From assembly GCA_964234715.1 (NCBI GenBank), contig OZ174281.1: a DNA stretch of 64,000 nt, one strand, 5' to 3'. The position numbers were made by a program, and so were the translations under genes. The stretch comes from Podarcis melisellensis. Lineage: Eukaryota. The notes under the pieces were generated by a model. It was given only the letters and a program-made list of their open reading frames with translations, ran no database searches and was not told the DNA's origin. The first letter of the stretch is position 1. Every line of letters starts with the position of its first letter. This document shows, in pieces, positions 39,324-49,334 of the stretch.

Positions 39324-39670
39324 CCATGGGTAGCACTGGGTTAAATCACAGAGCCTAGGGCTTGCTGATCAGAAGGTCAGCAGTTTGAATCCCCACGACG
39401 GGATGAGCTCCCATTGCTAGGTCCCTGCTCCTGCCAACCTAGCAGTTCGAAAGCACGTAAAAGTGCCAGTAGATAAATAGGTACCACTCTGGTGGGAAGG
39501 TAAACGGCGTTTCCGTGTGCTGCTCTGGTTCACCAGAAGCGGCTTAGTCATGCTGGCCACATGACCCAGAAGCTGTATGCCGGCTCCTTCGGCCAATAAA
39601 GCAAGATGAGCACTGCAACCCCAGAGTCATCTGCCACTGGACCTAATGGTCAGGGGTCCCTTTACCTTTA
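39324..39670 (+). mobile_element. Sauria (Squam1) SINE, same insertion as 15190-15528 in the duplicate block
   Basis: Same flanks and TSD. Confidence 0.9.
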
Positions 39671-40118
39671 CCTTAGCTTCCTACAGAAATGTTGACATCT
39701 AGGCACACCACAGCCTGGGGCACATTTAGATAAAGTGTGCATAGGACTGGAGTCAGAATTCGCTGAATTCTACTCCAACCTATACACTTCCCACAACCCA
39801 ACCCGGAATCAAGAACCACCTGACAGGACTGCCCATGAAACCATAACAGAAGACGAACAAGAGTTCATTGGACAGTCCTATCATCCCAGTGGAAATAGAG
39901 ACTGTCCTCAAAAACAAAAAATACATAAAGCCCCAGGCCCAGATGGTTTCACAACAAAATTCCAAAAATATGCTTCCAAAGAGAGGAGTTGGTTACTGCC
40001 AGTCAAATTGCTTCTCACTGATATTATCATCATAGTCTTAAAAACACATGACTCATACACTTTATTTCTGAAGCTTCACTTCAGAGACACAAGAATAATT
40101 CAGCTGGTCACCACAAGC

Positions 40119-40184
<66 letters not shown>

Positions 40185-40278
40185 ACTAAAGACTCCTGCT
40201 CTAAGTAATATTATATACATCAATTAAAAAGGAGAGAACTGATACAAATAAAGGCCAATTTACCATCTCTATTTCCCT

Positions 40279-40324
<46 letters not shown>

Positions 40325-40571
40325 CAGGAGAGAGAGAGAGAAGAATTGCCATGGAGCTTGTGCTATTTTTCTAAAAAAGAATTGTTAGCCTTCCATCCAT
40401 AAGAAAAGGTGGAAAAGGTGTTACTGATTTTGTAACAGTATTGTGTGAATGCTGAGTAAAAAGAAGACAAACTATGGCAATTTCCACAAAAGTATGGAGG
40501 CATTCTGTCTGGATTTTGCTCATTGAAAAACACCATGGCTTACACAAATAATTCTGGATAACAATTCTTAC

Positions 40572-42992
40572 CTCTTCATCTTTATTCATCTCAGCTTGAC
40601 AATTATTTTCTCGGTTGCCTGTAAATGGCACAGCAGGATTCCCACTGCCAAGAATATTGTCTGCAATCTGAACATTGGGTGTCAGGAAGGCAAACTCATT
40701 CTTCCTGGTCTCAGAAGATAGACACAGCTGGTAGGAATAGGGCAAAGTCCCATCTTCAAAGTTGGGTGGGAAGATGGCACCATTCTTGGAATGGGGAACA
40801 GGACCAAAGCACTGTAGGAACCTGGGATGCCCTGATTGACGGAGCTTCATTGTAACGGCCAGAATCACAGTCAAGAGGAACAAGAAGGAGATCACAGCTA
40901 AGGCCAGCACTAAGTAGAACTGCAGGTCAGACTGATACTCCGAGCTGCTGGGTTGGCTCTTCATTTCCGGAAGGGCCTCCTGAAAGTTCTCAGCAAACAC
41001 CAGGTTCAGAGTCATGGTGGCTGAGAGAGACGGCTGCCCGTTATCCTTCACCATAATGACCAGTCTCTGTTTCACAGCGTCTCTCTCCACAAAGGCCCTG
41101 GCTGTCCTGATCTCTCCAGTATGAGAACCAACCGTGAAGAGTGCCGGCTCAGTGGCCTGAGTCAGGTGGTAGGAGAGCCAGGCGTTGTGTCCAGAATCTG
41201 CATCCACGGCCACCACCTTGGTGACAAGATAATCTGCCTCGGCCGAACGAGGCACCATCTCAAACAAGGCTGAGCCCTTGGCTTCTTGTGAGGGGGACAG
41301 GATACGAGGGCTGTTATCATTCCTATTGAGAACAAACACCCTGACGGTCACATTGCTGCTGAGAGGGGGAGAACCCCCATCTTGGGCCTTCACTTGCAGC
41401 CGGAACTCTCTGAATTGTTCATAGTCAAAGGATCTCTGGGCATAGATGGTGCCGGTCTCAGAATTTATGGAGATATAGGAGGAGATGGGAAGCTCCTCGA
41501 TGTTGCTGCTGAGGATGGAGTATGTGATCCGTGAGTTCTGGTCCATGTCGGGATCAGAAGCTTTGATGGTGAAAATGGAGGCACCTGAAGGATTGTTTTC
41601 TGGCACGTAGCTGTTGTAGGATGGCTTCTGAAAGGTAGGGGCATTATCATTGATATCAGCAATCAAAAGTGTGATAGATTTATGTGAGGAGAGAGGGGGA
41701 GTACCATTGTCAGAGGCTGTTACTGAGATATTGTACTCTAGAGCTATTTCTCTGTCCAGGAGACTATCTGTCAGGAGCTTGTAGTAATTGTTAGATGAGG
41801 GAAGAATTCTGAAGGGCAGATCATCCTGTAAATAGCAAGTGACCTTTCCATTATCTCCATTATCTTTGTCATTCAAATTGATCAGAGCTATTAAGGTACC
41901 AGGCAGAGAATCTTCAGAGACTGGGCTAAACAAGGAAACCAGGGTTACCTCGGGGTAATTGTCATTCTCATCAATAACTCTTATTTCAACTTTACAATGT
42001 GTCTCTAACCCACCCCCATCTTTTGCTGCAACTGTCAAAGTGTATTCTTTGGTTTCTTCAAAATCCAGTAGCCCTATAAGTAGGATTGAGCCATTCAAAG
42101 GATCTAGACTGAATTTCTTGTTGGCATTCAGTGGTATATTGCTAAAATGATACCTGATTTGGGCATTTGAACCTTCATCATTATCAGAAGCTGTAACCTG
42201 GAGCACAACTGATCCAACTGCAACACTTTCCCTCAAACTGACCTTGTACACCTCTTGAGTGAAAACAGGTGGGTTGTCATTGGCATCTGTGACATTAATC
42301 CATATCTGGGCAGTCCCAGTTTTTCTAGGTTCACCCCCATCCAACGCTGTGAGGATCAAGTGAAGGGTCTGTTCGGTCTCTCGATCTAATGGTTTCTGCA
42401 GCACTAAATCTGCAAATTTATTTCCATCATAAGTCTCCTTAACATCCAAAGTCAAATATTTATTAGAGCTCAGCTGGTAATTCTGGAGTGAATTCATCCC
42501 TATGTCAGGATCTTCAGCTTTCCCAAGAAGAAATCTGGTGCCTGGCAAAGTGGATTCCACAATCTCTAAGTTGATATTAATTTTCAAAAAATGTGGCGTA
42601 TTGTCATTAATATCCTGAATTTCCACAGTTATATGGAAAACATTTAAGGGATTTTCAATCACCACCTCAAAATTAACCAGGCAGAGTGGAGTTGTGCCAC
42701 ATATTTCCTCTCTATCAATCCTATCATTTACATAGAGGTTTCCATTTTCTGCATTGATATTGAAATACTGCATTTTATTCACAGAGACAGCATGCAGATT
42801 GCGCCTTCCTAGATCTCTGGCATTCAGTCCCAAATCCTTGGCGAGATTCCCCACAATCGAACCCTTTGCCATCTCCTCAGGGATAGAATAGCGAATCTGT
42901 TCTGAGGCAGCCCAGCAGGAGAAAGGCAAAAATAAGAGAAGCAGTACTTGCCTTCTGAGTGCCATTCCATCTTCTTTCTGCCTTCTGTCCAT
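40572..42992 (-). CDS. PCDHGB: Protocadherin gammaB-like variable exon D2 (807 codons)
   Basis: ATG (MDRRQKEDG) at 42992; the track's 43058 start is a TTG. Donor GAG|GTAAG at 40572/40571; unspliced ORF to 40371. Confidence 0.95.
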
Positions 42993-43224
42993 TCTGTTTT
43001 CTGATAAAATACTATTCCAGCTTGTTTTGAACAGGTTTCTCAGCAGAACAAGAGACAAACCCGTTAGATAGAATAATCTCGCTTTTTCTTAGTGTATTTA
43101 AACCAGTAGTATTTTCAGCTTCTCAGCTAGACTGTCCTTCCTTTGTGCTCTGCTGTTTCCATTATCTGTGCAGTTGCTTTGAGGTATCACAGTATAGGAA
43201 GTATCTGTGGATCTGCATCTAGAT

Positions 43225-43267
43225 TGGCTAACAGTGACACTACGAGGTTTAGACAGAGAACTGCATG
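43225..43267 (-). promoter_or_regulatory. CSE of D2, CACT variant
   Basis: TGCAGTTCTCTGTCTAAACCTCGTAGTGTCACTGTTAGCCA, followed by a CCAAT. Confidence 0.78.
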
Positions 43268-43647
43268 AGATGCAGTCCCAGTTAATGTGAATGAATAGAG
43301 ATTTTGATTTGGATTGCATACCAATATAAGCCATAGTTTATTTTAAGTTAACTGAACAAGGCACCCCCTGAAGTGTGACCTAGTGGTTTTATTCAATATT
43401 AATTGTACAAGTGTAGAAATCTTTTGACTATTGTTTTTGGAGTCTCTTAAACTTTGTGTTTTTTTCTTTCCTTTTTTAAAATACCAGTTCAATGGCGTCA
43501 GGCTGGGACAGTGTTTACAAATCTGTAAATTAAATAAATAAAACAAATGAACATGCCTCCTAGCTCTACTGCAGTTTTCCCATGTCCTTGCAGGTGGCAC
43601 ACATGGCACAAAGAAGCCATTCTGTGGCATGTTGTGTTGTATGGATC

Positions 43648-43791
43648 TGGGATAGCTCAGTTAGTAGAGCCTAAGACTCTTAATCTTAGGGTCATGGATT
43701 TGAGCCCCACATTGGGCAAAAAAACCTGCATTGCAGGTGGTTGGACTAGATGACCCTCATGGTCCCTTCCAACTCAACAATTATATGATTC
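43648..43791 (+). mobile_element. tRNA-Lys(CTT)-derived SINE with CR1-like 3' tail
   Basis: Head GATAGCTCAGTTAGTAGAGCCTAAGACTCTTAATCTTAGGGTC...GAGCCCCACATTGGGC resembles tRNA-Lys(CUU); tail GGTCCCTTCCAACTC...GATTCTATG; TSD TATGGATC. Confidence 0.8.
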
Positions 43792-45572
43792 TATGGATCA
43801 TGGTTTGCTTGTTTCACAGAAGCCATGAGTGGTAAGACAATAACAAATCTAGAAGATATGTTGGCTTCACACAACAAGTCTTACTATGGCTTGCTTGTGC
43901 TGCACATAGTGCCCACAGCGGCGGGAGAAAGCCATGATTTAAAACAAACTATGGCTTAGCATGATGTGCAAAGCAGCATATTATGTAGATATGTATATTT
44001 TAGGTCTGGATCAATGGGACGCAAAACAGGGGACTGCCTAGGGCAGTTTGCAATCTAAGATATCTCCTCAACTATCTTCTGAACAGATGAAACAAATAGT
44101 ACAAGATGTTTGTCACTTTAAAACCTGGCAACGTTGACCTGTGTGCTCAGTATTGTATTAACACTCCTATTGTTGTTGTGTGTTTTTAATTCACATGAAA
44201 ACTATATAACATATGTGCCCATTCAACTAATGTTTTAGATGCAAATGATTGTGATTTCAGTCAAATCCATGCATGCATATTTGTTGTTTTATATGAAAGC
44301 AATGAATCTTGCATCCAACCCTTGCATCAAAGTTCTGAGATGGACTACAAATGCAATAAATATACTCAACGACTGAATAAAAGAATAAACAAGACCTGGA
44401 AGTGTAAATGTGTTTCCATAGTGAAATATGAAGATGACACAATTTGATTAGAAGCAGATCAAATGAAGACTAGAAATCACATAATAATGTGGTAAAATAA
44501 GGACCGTATGTTTTTCCTGTTTGTATGCAAGAAGTTTCCTGCTTATATGGAAGAACTACATGTCACTGTGGAGGGTGGTACATGCACTTTCATCATACCC
44601 TTTATTCTACACAATGTCTCCCACCAACATTTCCTAGTTGTCTAAAGTAAAGTTTTGATGCACATTGGCACTGTCTATAAAACTTCCAAAAACAAATTTG
44701 GATACGCTTTCTCATCTTTACAGCCACATTTTTCTTAGAACATCTCTCCTCCACCTAAGACAACAACAAAAATATAGTAAGGGGAAGGGCAAATCACATT
44801 ACCCTGGTATCTCCCTAATTACAGAACTCTTGTTTTATTCTGAAGATCTTTTGGTCTCATGGCATTGAACGTCTAAATGTCCCTACATTGCATGGTCACA
44901 TAATAATGCTTCATAGGGCTTATAGAGCCCAGAGGTAAAGAAAGATGAAGCAACTATTTTGTGAAGAGTTGTAAGATTTGAAGATAACAGCAGAGAAGCT
45001 GAACATGCCCCAGCATTGTTACTACTGCTACTGTTAATGTACAATTAGATGACACAGGCGCCAACAAAAAGCAGCAGTCCCCCCGCCAAATATATTGTTA
45101 TGAGTTTGTGGGTGCCAGACTCCCCTAAATTTCTGGACCCAACACAGGTTAAAATGTAAGACAGGTGAGCTTCCTTATGAAGAAATCACCTGGGAGATGA
45201 GCCATTAAGAGAGAACGAAGGAACAACAGTGGGCCGTTAAGAAAGCAAAAGCTGTGGGCTAGACGGCAATTGGGTGGGCACCTCCGCGCCCTCAACTCAG
45301 ATTTAAAAGACAAAGCCAGAGTTTTACAGTAGAGTTTAGGATTGGAGAGGAATGAAACAAGGCAGGACTATTGCATGGGAGGCTGGTATGCATCTTCCCT
45401 ATTCCATCTAGTTTTGATAGTCTTAAAAAGATTAAAAACCACCTCCTCAGTCAATGTTCAAAATCTGAAAGGAAAGGGGGCCCTTAATTAATCACATGTC
45501 ACCACTCCTTCACTCCCAGAAAAATTAGTCAGATAACACCCACACCCATAGAACTAAAACAGTACTAACAGA

Positions 45573-45709
45573 ATATCTGAAGAAGTGTGTGCATGCACAC
45601 GAAAGCTCATACCAATAACAAACTTAGTTGGTCTCTAAGGTGCTACTGGAAGGATTTTTTTTATTTTGTTTTGACTACGGCGGACCAACACAGCTACCTA
45701 ACTGTAACT
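45573..45709 (+). mobile_element. Short Penelope-like element remnant containing a minimal hammerhead ribozyme core
   Basis: 12-bp flanking duplication AGTACTAACAGA; CTGAAGA, palindromic stem, GAAAGCTC; then TTAGTTGGTCTCTAAGGTGCTAC typical of vertebrate Penelope terminal repeats. Confidence 0.75.
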
Positions 45710-45781
45710 AGTACTAACAGAGCCATCACAAAAGGTAAGAAACCTAAATGCAAAATCAGATGCTCAATAAAGAGACATTGT

Positions 45782-46035
45782 TAGGCATGGCCAATGTATT
45801 GATACATCGCCCAGGACAGGTTTGAGAGCCAGAGCACAAAGGTACCTTCACCTAGTGGTATATATGGCACCTTCACCATATATACGGAGGCAGTTTCACC
45901 TCAGTGCCTCACATGGCTAGACCTAATGCAGCTCGTTCCTCGCTCCGCTTTTTGAACATTGCAATGTATCACTATATTGCAATGTCTGGTTGGTGATACA
46001 TTGCTATATTGAAAAGCTGGTAACGCCCAACCCTA
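45782..46035. mobile_element. hAT-type MITE
   Basis: Imperfect TIRs TAGGCATGGCC / CGCCCAACCCTA; perfect 8-bp TSD GACATTGT. Confidence 0.75.
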
Positions 46036-46141
46036 GACATTGTATGACCTCCACGTAAGCTTTGTACAAGCAAATCAGACTGAAGAAAGGCATGGATTTT
46101 TAATCTTTATTGGAAGCCGCCCAGAGTGGCTGGGAAAACCC

Positions 46142-46269
46142 NNNNNNNNNNNNNNNNNNNNNNNNNNNNNNNNNNNNNNNNNNNNNNNNNNNNNNNNNNN
46201 NNNNNNNNNNNNNNNNNNNNNNNNNNNNNNNNNNNNNNNNNNNNNNNNNNNNNNNNNNNNNNNNNNNNN
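46142..46269. other. Assembly gap (128 N)
   Basis: N run between a LINE-tail-like sequence (GCCGCCCAGAGTGGCTGGG) and the gammaA pseudo-fragment. Confidence 0.99.
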
Positions 46270-46472
46270 GAATTTCTGCAGATGTGAACCTTGAGTGCAA
46301 ATAACACAAGAGGAAAGTTAAGAACATGAAACAAAGCCCATTCCAATAACCAGGTAGGATAAGGATCAGAAGGAGCTAAGGTGCTGCTCAGATCTGAAAG
46401 GGTGGCAGGGATAGTGTCAGCCAGCAACATAGTCACAGTGGCTGAAACAGAGAGAGGTGGTTGCCAGTAGTC
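46270..46472 (-). pseudogene. Decayed protocadherin gammaA-like fragment (end of EC6 through TM)
   Basis: Minus strand reads QPPLSVSATVTMLLADTIPATLSDLSSTLAPSDP, then with frameshifts YLVIGMGFVSC and LVLFALKVHICRN. Aligns to exon G ([34 protein letters not shown]...[12 protein letters not shown]...[11 protein letters not shown]). Runs into the N gap. Confidence 0.85.
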
Positions 46473-46697
46473 TTATCCTAAGATGATTTATTTAAAATAT
46501 GTCCTAGATTTAAATACAGTATTTATTTGAAACAATAAAGTAATTACTTCATTATGTATGGACCCCAAAATACCATATCTCTTTCAATATTTGTTATAAA
46601 AAGGATAAACAGGCTTTCTCTAGGTTTTGTCATGCAATAATAGAATATTGAATATGGAATAAAGGAATCCAAAGTCTTGACAAAGTCTTGTACTCAC

Positions 46698-49121
46698 CTG
46701 ATGAATTGCTGCCTCCTCCGTAACTGTGTTAGAATCACCTATAACTAACAAAGGGCCTGGCTTATTAGGAGCCTGTTGTGGTGTCAGAGTATTGGTACAA
46801 CTTCCGATTGGAAAAAGAATCTGACTTTTCCGAGAGCCTGAAGTCAGTGAAACCTCATGGCAATAAGACTGAAGAAATGCCCGGACACCGTCAATCCCCA
46901 CAAACTGAGAGATGGGAGCACCATCAAAATGCACACTTCCATTATCACACAGCTGAGAATTTTTCCACCTGCGAAGTTTGAGTGCCAATAACACAAGGAG
47001 GAAGGCAAGGAATAAGCAGGAGACAAAGGCCACTGCAGTCACCAAGTAGAAGGTGAGATCTGACTGTGGGTCTTCAGATACTGGGACACTGCTCAGATCA
47101 GTCAGCATGTCAGGGATGCTGTCAGCCAAGACCACAGTGACAGTGACTGATGCCGACATTGGAGGCTGCCCATTGTCCTTGACTAAAACCACCAGGCTTT
47201 GCTTGAGGGCATCTTTCTCCAGAAAGAAGCGGGCCGTCCTGATCTCTCCCGTGTGGAGCCCGAGAGTGAAGAGCCCTGGCTCAGTGGCCTTGATCAGCTG
47301 GTAGGAGAGCCAGGCATTCTGGCCAGAGTCTGCATCCACGGCCACCACCTTAGTGACCAGGTAGCCTGGCTCAGAGGAGCGAGGGGCCAGCTCTATCCCT
47401 GTGGAGCCGTCAGTGGGAGGGGAAGGGTAAAGGATTTGGGGAGCGTTGTCATTCTGGTCCAGGATGAAGAGCGTCACTGAGACGTTGGAGCTGAGTGGTG
47501 GAGAGCCTCCATCCTGGGCCTTGACTAGGAACTTAATTTCCTGAAACTCTTCATAATCAAAGGAGCTCAAGGCATAAACAACCCCCGTTTCAGAGTTAAT
47601 GGAGAGATATGAGGAGAGAGGGGGTGTACTGATCTTACTTTCAGTGATGGAATATACTATTCTGGAATTCTCTTCCCAGTCTGGATCACTTGCTTTCAGA
47701 GAAAAGACTGAGGCTCCTCTTGGATTATTTTCTAGGAGATAAGAGGTGTAGGCTGACTGTACAAAGAGTGGGGGGTTGTCATTTGTGTCTAACAGCTGCA
47801 GTGAAATAATTGCAGAGGTTGATAATGTTGGAGTCCCATTATCAATTGCTGTAATAGTGATATCATAGGTCGCCACTTGTTCCCTGTCAAGGGCTCTGTC
47901 TGTCACTAAAGTGTAAAAGTTGTCCATTGTTTTCTTTAGTTGGAAAGGAAGGCTATTGGGAATTGAGCACATAACCTCCCCATTGACTCCTGAATCTCTG
48001 TCTTGGACATTTAAAATGGCAATGACAGTTCCAGTTCGTGAATTCTCAAGGACAGAGTTGAGTTCAAAAGTTATTGTTATTTCAGGTGCATTGTCATTCA
48101 AGTCTGTAACAAATATCACAACCTTTGATCTGCCACTTAGACCACCCCCATCCATGGCTTGCACCTCAAATTCATACAAGGATGATTCCTCAAAATCAAG
48201 ATTCCCAATAAGTATGATTTCGCCAGTTGTGGAATTTAACAGAAACATTTGGGAGTCCTTTTTTGTGATTTTTTGGATAGAGTATTTTATGTCTCCATTG
48301 ATTCCTTCATCCATATCAGTTGCTCTCACTGTAGAAAGTGTGGACCCCTTGGGAATATTCTCATTAACACTCACTTCATAAAGAGGTTGACTGAAAACAG
48401 GTGCATTGTCATTTGCATCAAGAACAATGATATGTATTTGTACTGTGCCAGACCTGATGGGATCACCTCCATCAGAAGCTGTGAGGAGTAGATCATAATC
48501 TGGTTGCTCTTCCCTGTCCAGAGGCTTTTCCAATACCAGCTCTGCATGTCTTGCCCCATTTTCTCCTGTTTGCACATCCAGAGAAAAATGGCTACTGCCT
48601 GTGAGTTGGTAGCTCTGTATAGAATTTATCCCCAGATCTGGATCCTGAGCTTCAGGAAGAGGGAAGTGTGATCCAGGTGTAGACATTTCACTGATTTTTA
48701 GTTCCCATCCCTTCAGCAGAAAGAAGGGAGCATTATCATTTATATCCATGATTTCTACTTCAACAACATAAAGCTTTAAGTTGCTCTCAGCAATAACTTG
48801 AAACTTTAAGATGCACATTTCTGCCCTTCCACAGATTTTCTCTCTGTCTATTCTCTCAGAGGTTTGTAAATGGCCAGTATTGAAATTCAGTTCAAAATAC
48901 TGAATCATACCTGTACTAGTTACAATGCGGAGTCCATGGTCCAAAAGCTGCTTCCGATCTATCCCCAGGTCCTTTGCAATATTCCCCACAAATGAGCTTT
49001 TCTGCATCTCCTCTGGAATGGAGTAGTGGATCTGTCCAGAAACTGCCTTCCAAATATTCACAATTACAAGGCATTGTATGATTATTTCTTTGTAACTCCA
49101 AGGCCTCTGTTTTCCTTCCAT
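46698..49121 (-). CDS. PCDHGA: Protocadherin gammaA-like variable exon E (808 codons)
   Basis: Six EC repeats, TM, gammaA-type cytoplasmic motif [21 protein letters not shown]. Donor CAG|GTGAGT at 46698/46697; unspliced ORF to 46620. Confidence 0.95.
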
Positions 49122-49292
49122 TTCCTTCCACGAAAAGGAATATTACTAGTTCTTGTTCAAATAGCTTTTATCTGTCCTTTTTTATTTTTAAAGCAAAACC
49201 TGCATCATTTTGTTCCCTGAACTGTCAGTTCCATTCCAGCCTATCTGCAAGAATGGGCAGGCTGGATCACTCCATGTGTTAGTCTGCTGGAT

Positions 49293-49334
49293 TGGTGAAC
49301 AGCGACACCCAGAGTCACAGTGACAAAATGCAGG
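49293..49334 (-). promoter_or_regulatory. CSE of E with canonical CGCT box
   Basis: TGCATTTTGTCACTGTGACTCTGGGTGTCGCTGTTCACCA, followed by a CCAAT. Confidence 0.85.

Larger units (their letters stand above)
1..42992. repeat. ~24.1 kb tandem segmental duplication of a four-gene block (1 to ~17.5-18.9 kb matches ~24.2 to ~41.6-43 kb)
   Basis: Colinear matches at offsets 24163 (A, B and their intergenic DNA), 24173 (C) and 24108 (D), including shared transposon insertions and microsatellites. Confidence 0.95.

Noticed and set aside
42993-43058. N-terminal extensions in the ORF track for D2, B1 and F
   Set aside because: They start at TTG or GTG; the eukaryotic ATG homologous to the paralogues lies downstream.
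43648-43720. Possible tRNA-Lys gene (also the tRNA-like head at ~10263)
   Set aside because: Degenerate stems and B-box, fused to a retroposon tail with TSD, so a SINE rather than a functional tRNA.
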